A DNA stretch of 64,000 nt from Octopus sinensis (lineage: Eukaryota): assembly GCF_006345805.1 (NCBI RefSeq), contig NC_043024.1:9672001-9736000 (forward strand). The letters are read 5' to 3'. How positions within the stretch are numbered: the first letter of the stretch is position 1; each line of letters opens with the position of its first letter. Both the position numbers and the translations under genes were made by a program. Below are positions 52,058 to 64,000 of this stretch, in pieces. The notes beneath the pieces were generated by a model. That model saw only the letters and a list, made by a program, of their open reading frames with translations, did no database searches and was not told the DNA's origin.

Positions 52058-53798
52058 CTAGAAAATATGGTAACACAGAAGCCTAAATTTATTAGTGATT
52101 TTCATTTCTGAAATACCTTTCAAAATCCCAGAATTCAGTGCCATAGACTTAGGTTTTTCTGGTGTACAATTCAAAATTTTCAGACAAAAATTTTCAGCCA
52201 AAAACGGAATTTGGAAAACTAAAATTTCTATGTAAAATGCCACAGGTTTTGAAAAAAATAGTGACAATTTTTTGATGTTTACACTCTATATTATGTCAAC
52301 TTGTGTGCTAGAAAATATGGTAACACAAAAACCTGAATTCATTAGTTAAGTTAAGTTAATTTTTTTGGCTCAAAAAGCAAGGCCATGTAGGGGGACATGG
52401 AGTTATGTATAGGGTGGTGTTCATGCAAAGAGTTCAGGCCATTAGTGGTTTTTATTTCTGAAATACCTTTTGAAATCCCAGAATTCAGTGCCATAGACAT
52501 ATCATATTTTACCTGCAAGCAAGTCAAGTCTTTCAGACCAAAATTTACTGCCAAAAGAAGGTAAGTCGACTTATACAACCAAAGACCACTTTGGAAGACC
52601 AGAAATTCCTCGTGAAATACAACAGGATTTAGAAAGATTCTGGTGATGTTTGTGAATGTTCATACTACATCCTTACACTAAATACAACATCAACTTGGAT
52701 CCCAGAAATATGCAAATATGCCCTCCCCACCTCCTTTTTTTTTTTTTTTTTTTTTTTTTTTGAGAAAAAAATATTTGATGTGAAATATTTTGGTGAAAAA
52801 TTACTATTTTTTTTGTCTTCCTTTATTTCAGGAATTTAAAAGTTATGCATCAGTGAAAAGCAGGGTTGGCATTTTTTTCCCAAAGAATTCTTCTTTTCTT
52901 TAATTAGCATTTCTGCTTTCATTATTGTCTTTCTCTCTCTCTCTCTCTCTCTCACAACACTCACATAGTCTAGGTTGGTTTGTTTGTGTTTTTTTTTCTG
53001 CTTTATTTTCATATTATCATCACTATCATCATCGTCATCATCATAATTAATGTCTTGTGTTTAGATTTAATGTTTAGTTTGAAATTTAACAATTAATATA
53101 GTTTTAACACACAGAATATGTAAATTAAATTACTTTAGATACTAATAGATCATTAACTGTAAATTTGTGGCTCAACAATATTAAGCTGATTTAAGCTGTT
53201 TTCTATTTTTTTAAAATATTTTACGACCTTGCTACATGTTTCATAGAACATGTAGATTGATCAAGTGAATCAAATACAATAGATCTTCATATTTGTGGCT
53301 GTGTGTATACATATATATATCACGTGACCGACCAGACCATCAGATGTTGCTACACATCGCTGGTCACAATGCACTTCGCATTGTTTTTAGCCTTCAAATG
53401 ACACCATCCCGCTGGCTAAGCGAGCAGGCCAACAGAAGAAAGAGCGGTGAAAGAGTACAGCAGGGATCGCCACCATCCCCTGCTGGAGCCTCGTGAAGCT
53501 TTAGGTGTTTTTCTCTCAATAAACACTCACAACGCCCGGTCTGAGAATCGAAATAGCGATCCTACGACCGCGAGTCCGCTGCCCTAACCACTGGGCCATT
53601 GCGCCTCCACATATATATATAAATATGAAATATGAGGGAATCACCTCTAGCCACTCCTGATAGGCAGTCTCAGCATCACAGATTCAGTTGTGGTTCTAAC
53701 CAGAGTTTTAGTGGTAAATCAAAGAGAGTCACTTGAAGTACAATCCCTTCATCAGTTGTCCTCCTGTTTTATCTACTCCACATTTTGAATGCTCTCTT

Positions 53799-53824
<26 letters not shown>

Positions 53825-53829
<5 letters not shown>

Positions 53830-54770
53830 TATATATAATATATATATAATCTTATAAGCAAGGGCTAAAGAAGGTTATTCTAAAGCGAATATACTGATAA
53901 TCCACATTTAATCTACCTGCTACAGAAAGTTGAACTGAAATTCGGGCAACCAAACCTTTGAAACATTTAAATTTCGCACCATGATCACCGTGACTGACCA
54001 GGCTATCAGATGTTGCTACACATCGCTGGTCACAATGCACTTCGCATTGTTTTAGCCTTCGAATGACGCCACCCCGCTGGCTAAGTGAGCAGGCCAACAG
54101 AAAGAAGAGTGAGAGAAAGTTGTGGCAAAAGAGTACAGCAGGGATCTCCCCCCCCCCCTTGCCAGAGCCTCGTGGAGCTTTTTTAGGTGTTTTCGCTCAT
54201 AAACACTCACAACGCTCGGTCCGGGAATCGAAACCGCGATCCTACGACCGCGAGTCCGCTGCCCTAACCACTGGGCCATTGCGCCTCCACTATATATTAT
54301 ATATATATATATATAATCTTATAAGCAAGGGCTAAAGAAGGTTATTCTAAAGCGAATATACTGATAATCCACATTTAATCTACCTGCTACAGAAAGTTGA
54401 ACTGAAATTCGGGCAACCAAACCTTTGAAACATTTAAATTTCGCACCATGATCACCGTGACTGACCAGGCTATCAGATGTTGCTACACATCGCTGGTCAC
54501 AATGCACTTCGCATTGTTTTAGCCTTCGAATGACGCCACCCCGCTGGCTAAGTGAGCAGGCCAACAGAAAAAGAGTGAGAGAAAGTTGTGGCAAAAGAGT
54601 ACAGCAGGGATCTCCCCCCCCCCCTTGCCAGAGCCTCGTGGAGCTTTTTTAGGTGTTTTCGCTCAATAAACACTCACAACGCTCGGTCCGGGAATCGAAA
54701 CCGCGATCCTACGACCGCGAGTCCGCTGCCCTAACCACTGGGCCATTGCGCCTCCACTATATATATATAT
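53825..54770. repeat. 497-bp direct tandem duplication including a family D SINE and unique flank
   Basis: 53825-54290 is nearly identical to 54315-54760. The same minus-strand ORF text ends at 53852 and at 54349 (offset 497). Confidence 0.9.
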
Positions 54771-55821
54771 ATATATATATGAGTGTGAGTATGTAATGAT
54801 AGTTCTGGTTCAACTCCATGCAAGTGGTTCCTATGAACATTATTCCCATGACCTTTGTAGGAATAGTGGACAGGGAAGATGGCTGAAAGGGAAAAAAGAT
54901 AGCTGAAGCCTGCAATCAATCAGTGATACTTTTACAAACGTACTCTTAAGCAAGACATTTTACTCAGCTAAGTTGCTGCTGCCACATGGAGACCAGTCTC
55001 ACTTTCGCCACTAAACAGTTGCCAGAGTGAAGTGGTTAACATTCCAAATATTCATTTACAAGTATGAATTTGCAAACCTTTCTAACCTAACAAATTTTCT
55101 GAAAAAGAAATAGTTCAGAGGAAACTAAAAAAAAATATATAACAAAAAAAAAAAAAAAAAAACTTATTAGAATTGCAATTAATTTTTTTTCAAAAATAAC
55201 ATCTAATTAAACCTTGGCACTAACATATTAATTAAACAGGCTAATTAAATAGTTCTTAACTCGTAAAAGGGCTCCATACCAAAAGAATTTTGGTAAGCAC
55301 TGCACTAGGGACGCTCAAAGATCAGATGGTGGTGGTGGTGGTGGTGGTGATGGTCATATTGGATTGTCTGTCACTGTACATTAATCGCTGCACTTTCTCT
55401 CCACCAGCATTCTTAGCTTCTGCACGTACCACTGCAGCGCAACACTTTGCATGTAAATTAATTGTTTTCACTTAATTGTTTTTCTAATTTTTTTTCCATA
55501 TTTTTTTAATATTGATTTTGTTTTTTTTTTAATTTCCAGATTAATTAATTGATTGATTTCTGGTTGTTTGATCTTTTTTTTTGTTTTTGTTTTTCTTTAA
55601 TTACCTTTATCCTCTTGTTACTTGAAACGTTCATTTTAATAATTGTCTGGATATTATTATCAATATTATTATTATTATTATTATTGCTACATGCATGTTC
55701 ATTGTTGCTGTTGTTGTTACTGTTGTTGAATGAGTAGACTGGAGCTTGTAGTATTTTGGTAGACTAGCGCTGATTCCACAAACATGACAGATCAAGCCTC
55801 TCTCAAAATCATGAAGGAACA

Positions 55822-56375
55822 GTGAATTCCAGTAACCATCTTACAAACAATAACTCTGAGCACCTTTTCAAACTCCACCTGTCTTACACCCGTGGACATG
55901 TTTACAAAGTCAGAAAACAACACAGCTCCTTCCATGACTTTCGGAAACATTTTTTCATGCTAAGAGTTGCTGAAGCATGGAACAAACTGCCGGCATCAGT
56001 TGTTAGTTGTCGGAGCACTGCATCCTTCAAAACTTCCATGCTTCCTGAGATTCGCCAACACTACACCTGATTTTCTCCCCTCCATACACACACAAACAGC
56101 TATCTGACTCATATACTGTTCACATCCCAGACATTTGTACATTACTGCATATGCTTTATATGCACTTTTGACAAGTTGTGGTGCACCTGAGCACTGTATA
56201 CAAAAATTTCATTATTATTATTATTATTAAAATAATTAAATTTTCTTTCGGAAACATTTTTTCACACTAAGAGTTGCTGAAGCATGGAACAAACTGCTGG
56301 CATCAGTTGTTAGTTGTCAGAGCACTGCATCCTTCAAAACTTCCATGCTTCCTGAGATTCACCAACACTATGCCT
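55822..56375 (+). mobile_element. CR1/L2-like LINE 3' fragment plus a partial tandem copy
   Basis: TRGHVYKVRK...RKHFFMLRVAEAWNKLP is the CR1-group RT C-terminal motif. (TAT)n tail at about 56210-56228; second partial copy at 56243-56375. Confidence 0.8.
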
Positions 56376-57235
56376 GAAAGAAGCCCATTGTATATATAGG
56401 TGTATAAGTGGGTGTGGTTGTCCCCCTACCACCACCACTTGACAACCGGTGTTTGTGTGTTTACGTCCCCGTAACTTAGCGGTCAGCAAAAGAACAAGTA
56501 CTTCACCTTAAAAAATAAGTCCTGAGGTTGACTTGTTCGACTAAAACCATTCAAATGTAATGAAAAATTCAAAGGGTTACTTTGGTCCGACGGTAGAACA
56601 TCTGTCATATCTATAGGAGATGTAGGTTCAAGTTCCACAAGCAGCATTTCACTTTTTCTATCCAAAAAACGGGTTTTCATCCCAATATTTACATTCTGTT
56701 GTTTCAAGCTTTATCTGCTTCAAGTTTCAATGTTCCAAAAGAAATATGATTTCATGCGTTACCATTAACTGGTATAACGTAACCCCACCAAATCTACAAT
56801 CTCCATCACTCAACCCACGGCTTTATGTTGTGTCATGTGACCGGGGTCACACTTGCATGGTCATTACTGCATTTAGAGATTCTTGGGGGTTTTTTTGCCT
56901 GTTTGGTTGTTGTTGTTTTGTTTTTTGTTTTGTTTCATCTGTTTTTCATTGTTTTGTTTGTTTTCCTTAATCAATTCTCTAAATATTCTTTTTTTTTTTT
57001 TTGGTATTTGTTCCATTCATTGTTTGCTTTTGTAGTAAATAAAAATAATGATAATGATAAAATAAATCTCTGAACGAGGTATAAACAGTAGCTGCACGAC
57101 AATTTGAAGTATATTTGCCACTTAAATGTGGCTAACCACTAAGGGTGGATGCTACTGTAGCTTGTAGCCCCAGGAGAACATCTTCTCCAGCTGGCTATTG
57201 ACACACTTTCTGTGCCCTATCGGTATTTGCAAAGG

Positions 57236-57648
57236 TGGTGAGCTGGCAGAAACATTAGCACACCGGTCGAAATGCCTAATGGTATTTTGCCTGTCTTTAC
57301 GTTCTGAGTCCAAATTCTGCTGAGGTCGACTTTGCCTTTCATCCTTTCAGGGTCGATAAATTAAGTACCAGTTGCGCACAGGGGTCGATATAATCAACTT
57401 AATCCGTTTGTCTGTCCTTGTTTGTCTCCTCTGTGTTTAGCCCCTTGTGAATAGTAAAGAAATAGGTATTTCGTCTGCCATTACATTCTGAGTTCAAATT
57501 CCGCCAAGGTCAACTTTGCCTTTCATCCTTTCGAGGTCGATTAAATAAGTACCAGTTACGCACTGGGGTCGATGTAATCGACTTAATCCGTCTGTCTGTC
57601 CTTGTTTGTCCTCTCTGTGTTTAGCCCCTTGTGGGTACTAAAGAAATA
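57236..57648 (+). mobile_element. SINE family B (GAGCTGGCAGAA...GTCGACTTTGCCTTTCATCCTTTCGGGGTCGATAA), two-unit copy with 14-bp TSD
   Basis: ggtatttgcaaagg occurs at 57222-57235 and 57649-57662. Other family copies at about 3080-3340, 8900-9040, 23748-24180, 24600-24810, 45108-45320, 45800-46020, 51030-51200 and 57770-58590. Confidence 0.8.
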
Positions 57649-58815
57649 GGTATTTGCAAAGGGAAGCCATCCTTCCCATCGTCGACATGACGTGATACAC
57701 ACGGACCCGGGTTTCTGAATATTTACCCGTCGTCAGAAATGATTATTATTGTTGTTATTATTATTCGATGGAAGATGGCAGAACTGTTAGCATGCCAGAC
57801 AAAATGCTTAATATGGTTTCAACTACCTTTACGTTCTGAGTTGAAAGTTGACCTCGGCATGGTCAACATTGCTTTTGATCCTTCCAGGAATGATAAAATA
57901 AGGACCAGTTGAGCACTGATATAATCAACTAGCCCCCTCCCCCAAAATTTCAGGTCTTGTGCCTATGGTAGAAAGGATTATAATTATTATTATTGGAATG
58001 GTAGAAGCAGTAGTGTCCGAAAACAATGTCTTATGATAATCCTTTTGACTGTTTACATTCTGAGTTCAAATTCCGCCGAGGTCAACTTTGCCTTTCATCC
58101 TTTCGGGGTCGATTAAATAAACACCAGTTATGCAATGGGGGTCGATGTAATCGACTTAATCCCTTCCCCCAAATTCAAAGCCTTGTGCTTCTGGTAGAAA
58201 AGATTAGTATTAAGGTAACAAGCTGGGTTCAAATCCCATCAAGATCGACTTTGCCTTTCATCCTTTCAGGGTCAATAAATTAAGTACCAGTTACGCACTG
58301 GGGGTCAATGTAATCAACTAACCTCCTCCTCCAAAATTTCAGGCCTTGCGCCTAAAATAGAAATTATTATTGTTATTATTATTATTATATTATTATTATT
58401 GCCAGGCAAAATGCTTAGCAGCTTTTCGCCTGTCTCCATGTTCTGAGTTCAGATGCCACCTGGGTCAACTTTGCCTTTTATCCTTTCGGGGTCAATAAAT
58501 TAAGTACCAGTTGCATACTGGGGTCGATGTAATCGACTATCCCCCTTTCCCAAATTTCAGGCCTTCTGCCTATACAGAAAGAATTATTATCATTATTATT
58601 ATTATTATGATTATTATTATTATTGTTTTGCTTATTTTATTTTGCTATCTTTTTCTTCTTTTTTTAATTTTTTTCCATTTCTTTTTTTGTTTTGTTTCGA
58701 TGTTGCAATCCAAGAGTTCATTCGTGGCGATTGCGATTTATTTATTTTTTTTATTTTGTTGTTGTTGTTTTTAGTTTGTGGTCGATGATATGTAAAATTT
58801 TGTGTTTGCATGTAG

Positions 58816-58902
58816 GGCAAGATAAGTGCCAGTGTGGTCGGGTCGATGGTCAGCATGCAATCTGATGAGATTCAGCGTGTAGCTTCTGAATATGCGGATA
58901 AA
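58816..58902 (+). CDS. CCDC93: CCDC93 exon 11 (GKISASVVGSMVSMQSDEIQRVASEYADK)
   Basis: tgtag| acceptor, AAA|gtaagt donor, 87 nt. Matches [29 protein letters not shown]. Confidence 0.93.
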
Positions 58903-60105
58903 GTAAGTTTTTGTACAGCACTGTGCTTTCAATATAATATAATATACATACATACATATATACAGACAGACAGACATATATCTATATATGTAAAACAGGA
59001 ATGGGAATTCAAGGAATCAAACAGAGCTCACTGTTAGCTCTCACACCTGATACACAGTCATCAAGAAAAACAGTGGTTGATGTAACTGAATATATATTGC
59101 GAAACAGCTGTCAACAAATGGAATAAATGTTTCTTCTGTCATTTCTTTTATTTTTTTATTTTGTTACGAACCTTGTCAAATGTTTTTGAAAGCTCATCTA
59201 CAGGTATTGGTTAATAAATGCTATTATACAATAATATCGATCATATCATTAAATATTGATCTGGTAATCCACTATATGACTAACAGAAAATGGATTGAGC
59301 AAACACTATGTTGTATAATGTTACAATTGTTTCATCATAACTTTAACAGGAGATCATTGCCAAAATATTAATCAATAAAATAAGATATCGTGCCATTATT
59401 ACTATTCTAGCAATAATGGTAAATTTTGAATGGTATTATACAGTAAGCTCATTTATATTACAGAATATAGATCTGGAAATCCATGAATATCCATAGAGTA
59501 TATCCAGATATATGAATAGGAGAAAATGGATTGAGCATACATGCTTTGTTGCATAATGTTACAATTGTTTCATCATCACTTCATCAGCAGATCATTGCCA
59601 AAGCATTAATCAATAAAATAACACATTGTGTTGTTGTTGTTATTATTATTATTATGTTTGACTTTTGCTTTACATTTGTACAAGTTGGCTCCAAGTCTCA
59701 CCCAGAGACCTCAAGAGACAACAAGTTGGAAGTTCATGTTGGTGTTATGCCTAGGGTGCCATATATTTGGTTTTGTACATAGTATTGTTCTAGAGAATGT
59801 TTAAGAAACCATAAGAAAATTATGTTTGTTTTAAAACTTGAGATTACATAGAAAGTATTTTGTGCAGGATATGAGCAGTTCCCATGAACACTATCTTTTG
59901 AATTTCTGCCGTTTTGGGGTTTCCTGGTATCTGAGTTAGGTAGCAATCAGCCCCTTTCGCTATCATTCCCAGGGCACCTATGACAACAGGTATTGTTTTA
60001 GTCTTCAGGTTCCACATTTTGCTAATTTCTAGTTCAACATCTTTATATTTGCTCAGTTTTTGGTAGGTCTTGACAGATACGTTTATATCGATTTTATTAT
60101 TATTG

Positions 60106-60138
<33 letters not shown>

Positions 60139-60464
60139 CAGTAATAATGGTAAGTTTCGAATGTTCAGTTATAAGCAGAGAAAGAGTTTATATAAAATCT
60201 AATTTTATTTACCGTTTTGTATTCTGACTGATAAATATGTCTGACTGTAAAATGAATTGTTTGTAACCTTTCCATTCTATCTAAGAAATAATCTCATTTA
60301 GCCATATCTGTATAGACACATAGATTGACAGATTGACAGATAGATAGATAAATGGATAAATATTACTTGTATGATGTAGATAGATGTATTGTGTATACAT
60401 AAGTATGTGTGTATAATTGTGTTGTGAGAAATTGTATAATGAGTTGACTGTTGTCGTTTTTCAG

Positions 60465-60581
60465 CAATCTGAGTTGGGACAAATTGAGAAAGGAGAACTG
60501 ACAGGAGGGGTCCAACACCATAAAAGACTTGTTACGGCCCTCAACAAACAGATTCAACAACAGAAGACAGTCCAAGAAGAA
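60465..60581 (+). CDS. CCDC93: CCDC93 exon 12 (QSELGQIEKGELTGGVQHHKRLVTALNKQIQQQKTVQEE)
   Basis: ttttcag| acceptor, GAA|gtaagg donor, 117 nt. Matches QSELSAEE...HRRKVISLNKQIAQK. Confidence 0.92.
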
Positions 60582-60804
60582 GTAAGGAAATTTCACAATT
60601 AGATTTACCATCACCATCATCGTCACCACTACCACCTTCATCGTTACCATCATCATTGTCTTCCCACAATAATCATCATCATCATAATGAGTAAAGTCAG
60701 TTGGCCTTAGCATATCTCTCTTTCTCTCTCTATATATATATATATATCATCATCATCATCATACGTCCGTATATATATATATATCATCATCATCATCATA
60801 CGTC

Positions 60805-60839
<35 letters not shown>

Positions 60840-61100
60840 TATATATATGGTCTGCTCGCTTAGCCAGCAGGGTGGTGTTGTTTGAAGGCTAAAACAATGC
60901 AAAGTGCATTGTGACCAGCGATGTGTAGTAACATCTGATAGCCTGGTTGGTCACAGTGATATATATATATATATATATATTAAATGTGTAGAGATAACAC
61001 ATGAGTAAGTAGATATTTATGAAAAAGAAGAATGAAAATGCTATTTTCTTAAAATTGAGTACATTTGGATTTTCCTTTATATAAATACATTAAAAGAAGA

Positions 61101-61714
61101 ATGTTTGTGTTTTTGAAAAACCCTGTCAAAAATATGTACCCAAATGGAATATGTAGAGAGAAAAGAGCTATTAATTAAATTAAATTAAAATTAAGATTAA
61201 CATTCATAGTTTACATTCCTTTTTTTTTTTTTGCTTGCAAGAGCATGTGGTAATTTCTGTTATTTTTTGTGGCAAGACAAATTGAAGTCTGTGACCACAA
61301 ATTACTACTATCTGTTTTGGTAAATTAAATAGTGTGGTCTAAAGACAAGGGGTTGAAGAGCCCAATTTCTATTAAAACCCCAGGGGAGAACAACTTACCA
61401 CCACGACTATTATTATTACTGCTGCTAGTTATTCGACTGCTACGGCCACTCTTATAGAAAACAAGTCTTGACCACACTATTTAATTTACCAAAACAGATA
61501 GTAGTAATTTATAGTAGTAATTTATGGTCGCAGACCGTTCAACTTGTCATGCCATGAAAAATAATGGAAATTACCACGTGCTCTTGCAGAAAAAAGGAAA
61601 GTAAACTATGAATATTAATCTTAATTTTAATTTAATTTAATTAAAAGCTCATTTCTCCCAACATATTCCATTTTAGTACATATTTTTGATAAGGTTTTTC
61701 AAAAACCCAAACAT
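61101..61714. repeat. Fold-back/MITE-like element: ~240-bp inverted arms, ~130-bp spacer
   Basis: Arms 61101-61339 and 61470-61714, e.g. ctatctgttttggtaaattaaatagtgtggtc / gaccacactatttaatttaccaaaacagatag. Confidence 0.85.
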
Positions 61715-62585
61715 GTAAAACAAAACTGAAACCTTCTTTTAAATACATTAAAACGGTTGACATTTAGTTTTCTGCAACCTCTTGGCTTATTTTCCATAGC
61801 GCCACATCAAAAATGGTCCTCAGGAGTGGCTGTGTGGTAAGTAGCTTGTTTACCAGCCACATGGTTCCGGGTTCAGTCCCACTGTATGGCATCTTGGGCA
61901 AGTGTCTTCTACTATAGCCTCAGGCCGACCAAAGCCTTGTGAGTGGATTTGGTAGACGGAAACTGAAAGAAGCCCATCGTATATATGTATATATATGTGT
62001 ATGTGTGTTTGTGTGTCTGTGTTTGTCCCCCTAGCATTACTTGACAACCGATGCTGGTGTGTTTATGTCCCCGCGGTTCGGCAAAAGAGACCGATAGAAT
62101 AAGTACTGGGCTTACAAAAGAATAAGTCCCGGGGTCGAGTTGCTCGATTAAAGGCGGTGCTCCAGCATGGCCGCAGTCAAATGACTGAAACAAGTAAAAG
62201 AGTAACCAGTCATTATCAATAGAAGAGCATACTCCATAATCTTTCTCATCTTCAACTATTCCATCTCCAATACAAAAGATTTGGATCCAATAATGGCCCT
62301 TTCTTTGATTTGCAAGTTATTGGTAACCTTACTAGTGTCAGTGCCTTGATAAAAACCCCCGGTACACTCTGTAAAGTGGTTAGCATTAGGAAGGGCATTG
62401 AGCTGTAAAAACCAAGTGTATATACCTACCTGCATGTGTGTGGACTGACCTTGGTGTGTATATATTCACCCCTGTATGTATACTCTGTGTATATATTTAC
62501 CTTTGTCAGGACTCACCTGTGTTTTAGTACTCACCTATGTCTATACTTACCTGTGTCTATACTCACCTGTGTCTCTCTGTTGTAG

Positions 62586-62648
62586 ATGAAAACCAAACAT
62601 GAACAACTCCAAGAGGAATATAAGGAAACACAGGAAAATCTTCAAACG
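62586..62648 (+). CDS. CCDC93: CCDC93 exon 13 (MKTKHEQLQEEYKETQENLQT)
   Basis: ttgtag| acceptor, ACG|gtaaca donor, 63 nt, coiled-coil character. Collinear with LRASHTSLQARYNEAKKTLTE. Confidence 0.87.
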
Positions 62649-62672
62649 GTAACATTTTTATTCCTCTCCCTG

Positions 62673-62730
<58 letters not shown>

Positions 62731-62909
62731 TTGTCTGTGTGTGTGTGTATATATATGTGTGTGTGTATATATGTGTGTGTGTGTGTGTGTATGTGTGTGT
62801 ATATATATGTGTATGTGTGTGTATATATATGTGTGTGTATATATGTGTGTGTGTGTGTGCGTATATATGTGTGTGTGTGTATATATATATATGTATGTGT
62901 GTGTGTATA

Positions 62910-62940
<31 letters not shown>

Positions 62941-63378
62941 ATATATGTGTGTGTGTGTATATATATATATGTGTGTGGTGTATATATATGTGTGTGTGTA
63001 TATATATAAAATTAAATTAAATGCGCCCTTTTAAAGCCTAGCCAGGCTCATGGGCCCGATTTCTCGGTTTCTATGGTGTATGTGTTCCCCAGCTGGACGG
63101 AGACACCAGTCCATCGCAGCGTGACTCATTTTTGCCAGCTGAGTGGACTGGAGCAACGTGAAATGAAGTGTTTTGCTCAAGAACACAACGCGTCGCCTGG
63201 TCGAGGAATCAAAACCACAATCTTACGATCATGATGCTGACACCCTAACCACTATATGGACCCTCCCAAAGGTCATTTGGACGAAACTCCCCAGGGGCCA
63301 TATGGACTTCAGCTGAGAGCCACTGATCTGCAGTTTTTGTCAGCTGAATTTCTTAACGATGTCCTCTTTGTCTTTTAG

Positions 63379-63452
63379 ATTCTTCAACGTTCAGATCGAA
63401 TCGATGGGGAAATGGACAAACTGAATGAAATGGAGACTTCTGAGAACCAAGG
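63379..63452 (+). CDS. CCDC93: CCDC93 exon 14 (ILQRSDRIDGEMDKLNEMETSENQG); gene continues beyond window
   Basis: tcttttag| acceptor, GG|gtttgt donor (phase 2), 74 nt. Collinear with LKTYSEKLDKEQAALEKIESKADPS. Confidence 0.83.
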
Positions 63453-63910
63453 GTTTGTAACTTAGATCAATTCAACTTCAATTGATATTCAAATTAATTT
63501 ACCTATCTTGCAAAAAAAACAAAAAAAAGCAGAAAAGAAAAATTCAGTTTTTGTTATTTTAAAAAATTTTTCAATGAATATTTAAATTAATTGCCTAATC
63601 TTCAATTTATATTGAAATTAATTTGCCTATATTGCAAAAAAAACCCAGAAATTGCATAATCTTCTGAAAAGTTCCTAATTTTCATAATTTCACTAATAAT
63701 AGAAATAATAAATTTCTAAACCTCTCAGAGAGATTTAGACAGTAGTAACATGATAAAGTGGTGGTATGTTGTCAACTTAATGTGACAGTCCCACGAAAGG
63801 GAAGAATGCTACTGTTATTTAGCCCTAGGAAGCACTGCTTCCTGTCGGCCTTGATACATTTCCTGTGTCCTTATGTTTACAAAGGGGGAGATAAGCACCT
63901 TCACCCAGCA

Positions 63911-63969
63911 ATGCCAGCATCCAGAGACTAGTTTCTGAGTCATTGCTCGTCATCAGTCTGGTGTAGCAT
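63911..63969 (-). ncRNA. Type I hammerhead-ribozyme-like motif
   Basis: Minus strand: atgcta-ca-ccaga CTGATGA c gag caatga ctc a GAAAC ta GTC tctgg-atgc-tggcat. Stem I (ccaga/tctgg plus atgcta/tggcat), stem II and a minimal palindromic stem III are all present. Confidence 0.6.
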
Positions 63970-64000
63970 GGCCTGCCAGCTGTCGATGCCCATCTGCCTC

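Overview
Repeat-rich animal genomic DNA, very probably from an octopus or other coleoid cephalopod. This is an inference from tRNA-derived SINE families resembling the described octopus retroposons, dense (TA)n/(CA)n/(GAT)n microsatellites and AT-rich introns. One protein-coding gene is well supported: CCDC93 (CCC/Commander complex subunit) on the + strand. I reconstructed 14 coding exons by hand from 7603 to 63452. All have GT-AG boundaries and consistent phases and encode about 391 aa; the gene continues beyond the window. Almost all ORFs in the supplied track are microsatellite or repeat artefacts. The introns hold at least four SINE families, RTE and CR1-like LINE 3' fragments, an internally deleted mariner, a decayed maT/DD37D-like transposase, a non-autonomous Helitron, several MITEs and fold-backs, and SINE-derived tandem arrays (62 bp x ~21, 100 bp x ~44, 174 bp x ~11). 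The most notable unexplained signals are four: (i) type-I hammerhead-ribozyme-like motifs, including an inverted pair at 31.4-31.9 kb and a two-copy family with a shared non-canonical stem II at 57.7 and 63.9 kb; (ii) SINE internal segments repeatedly expanding into satellites with higher-order structure; (iii) a candidate in-frame 33-nt microexon at 52832-52864; and (iv) many near-perfect inverted repeats inside the CCDC93 pre-mRNA. No computation or database search was run, so family assignments rest on recognition of motifs.
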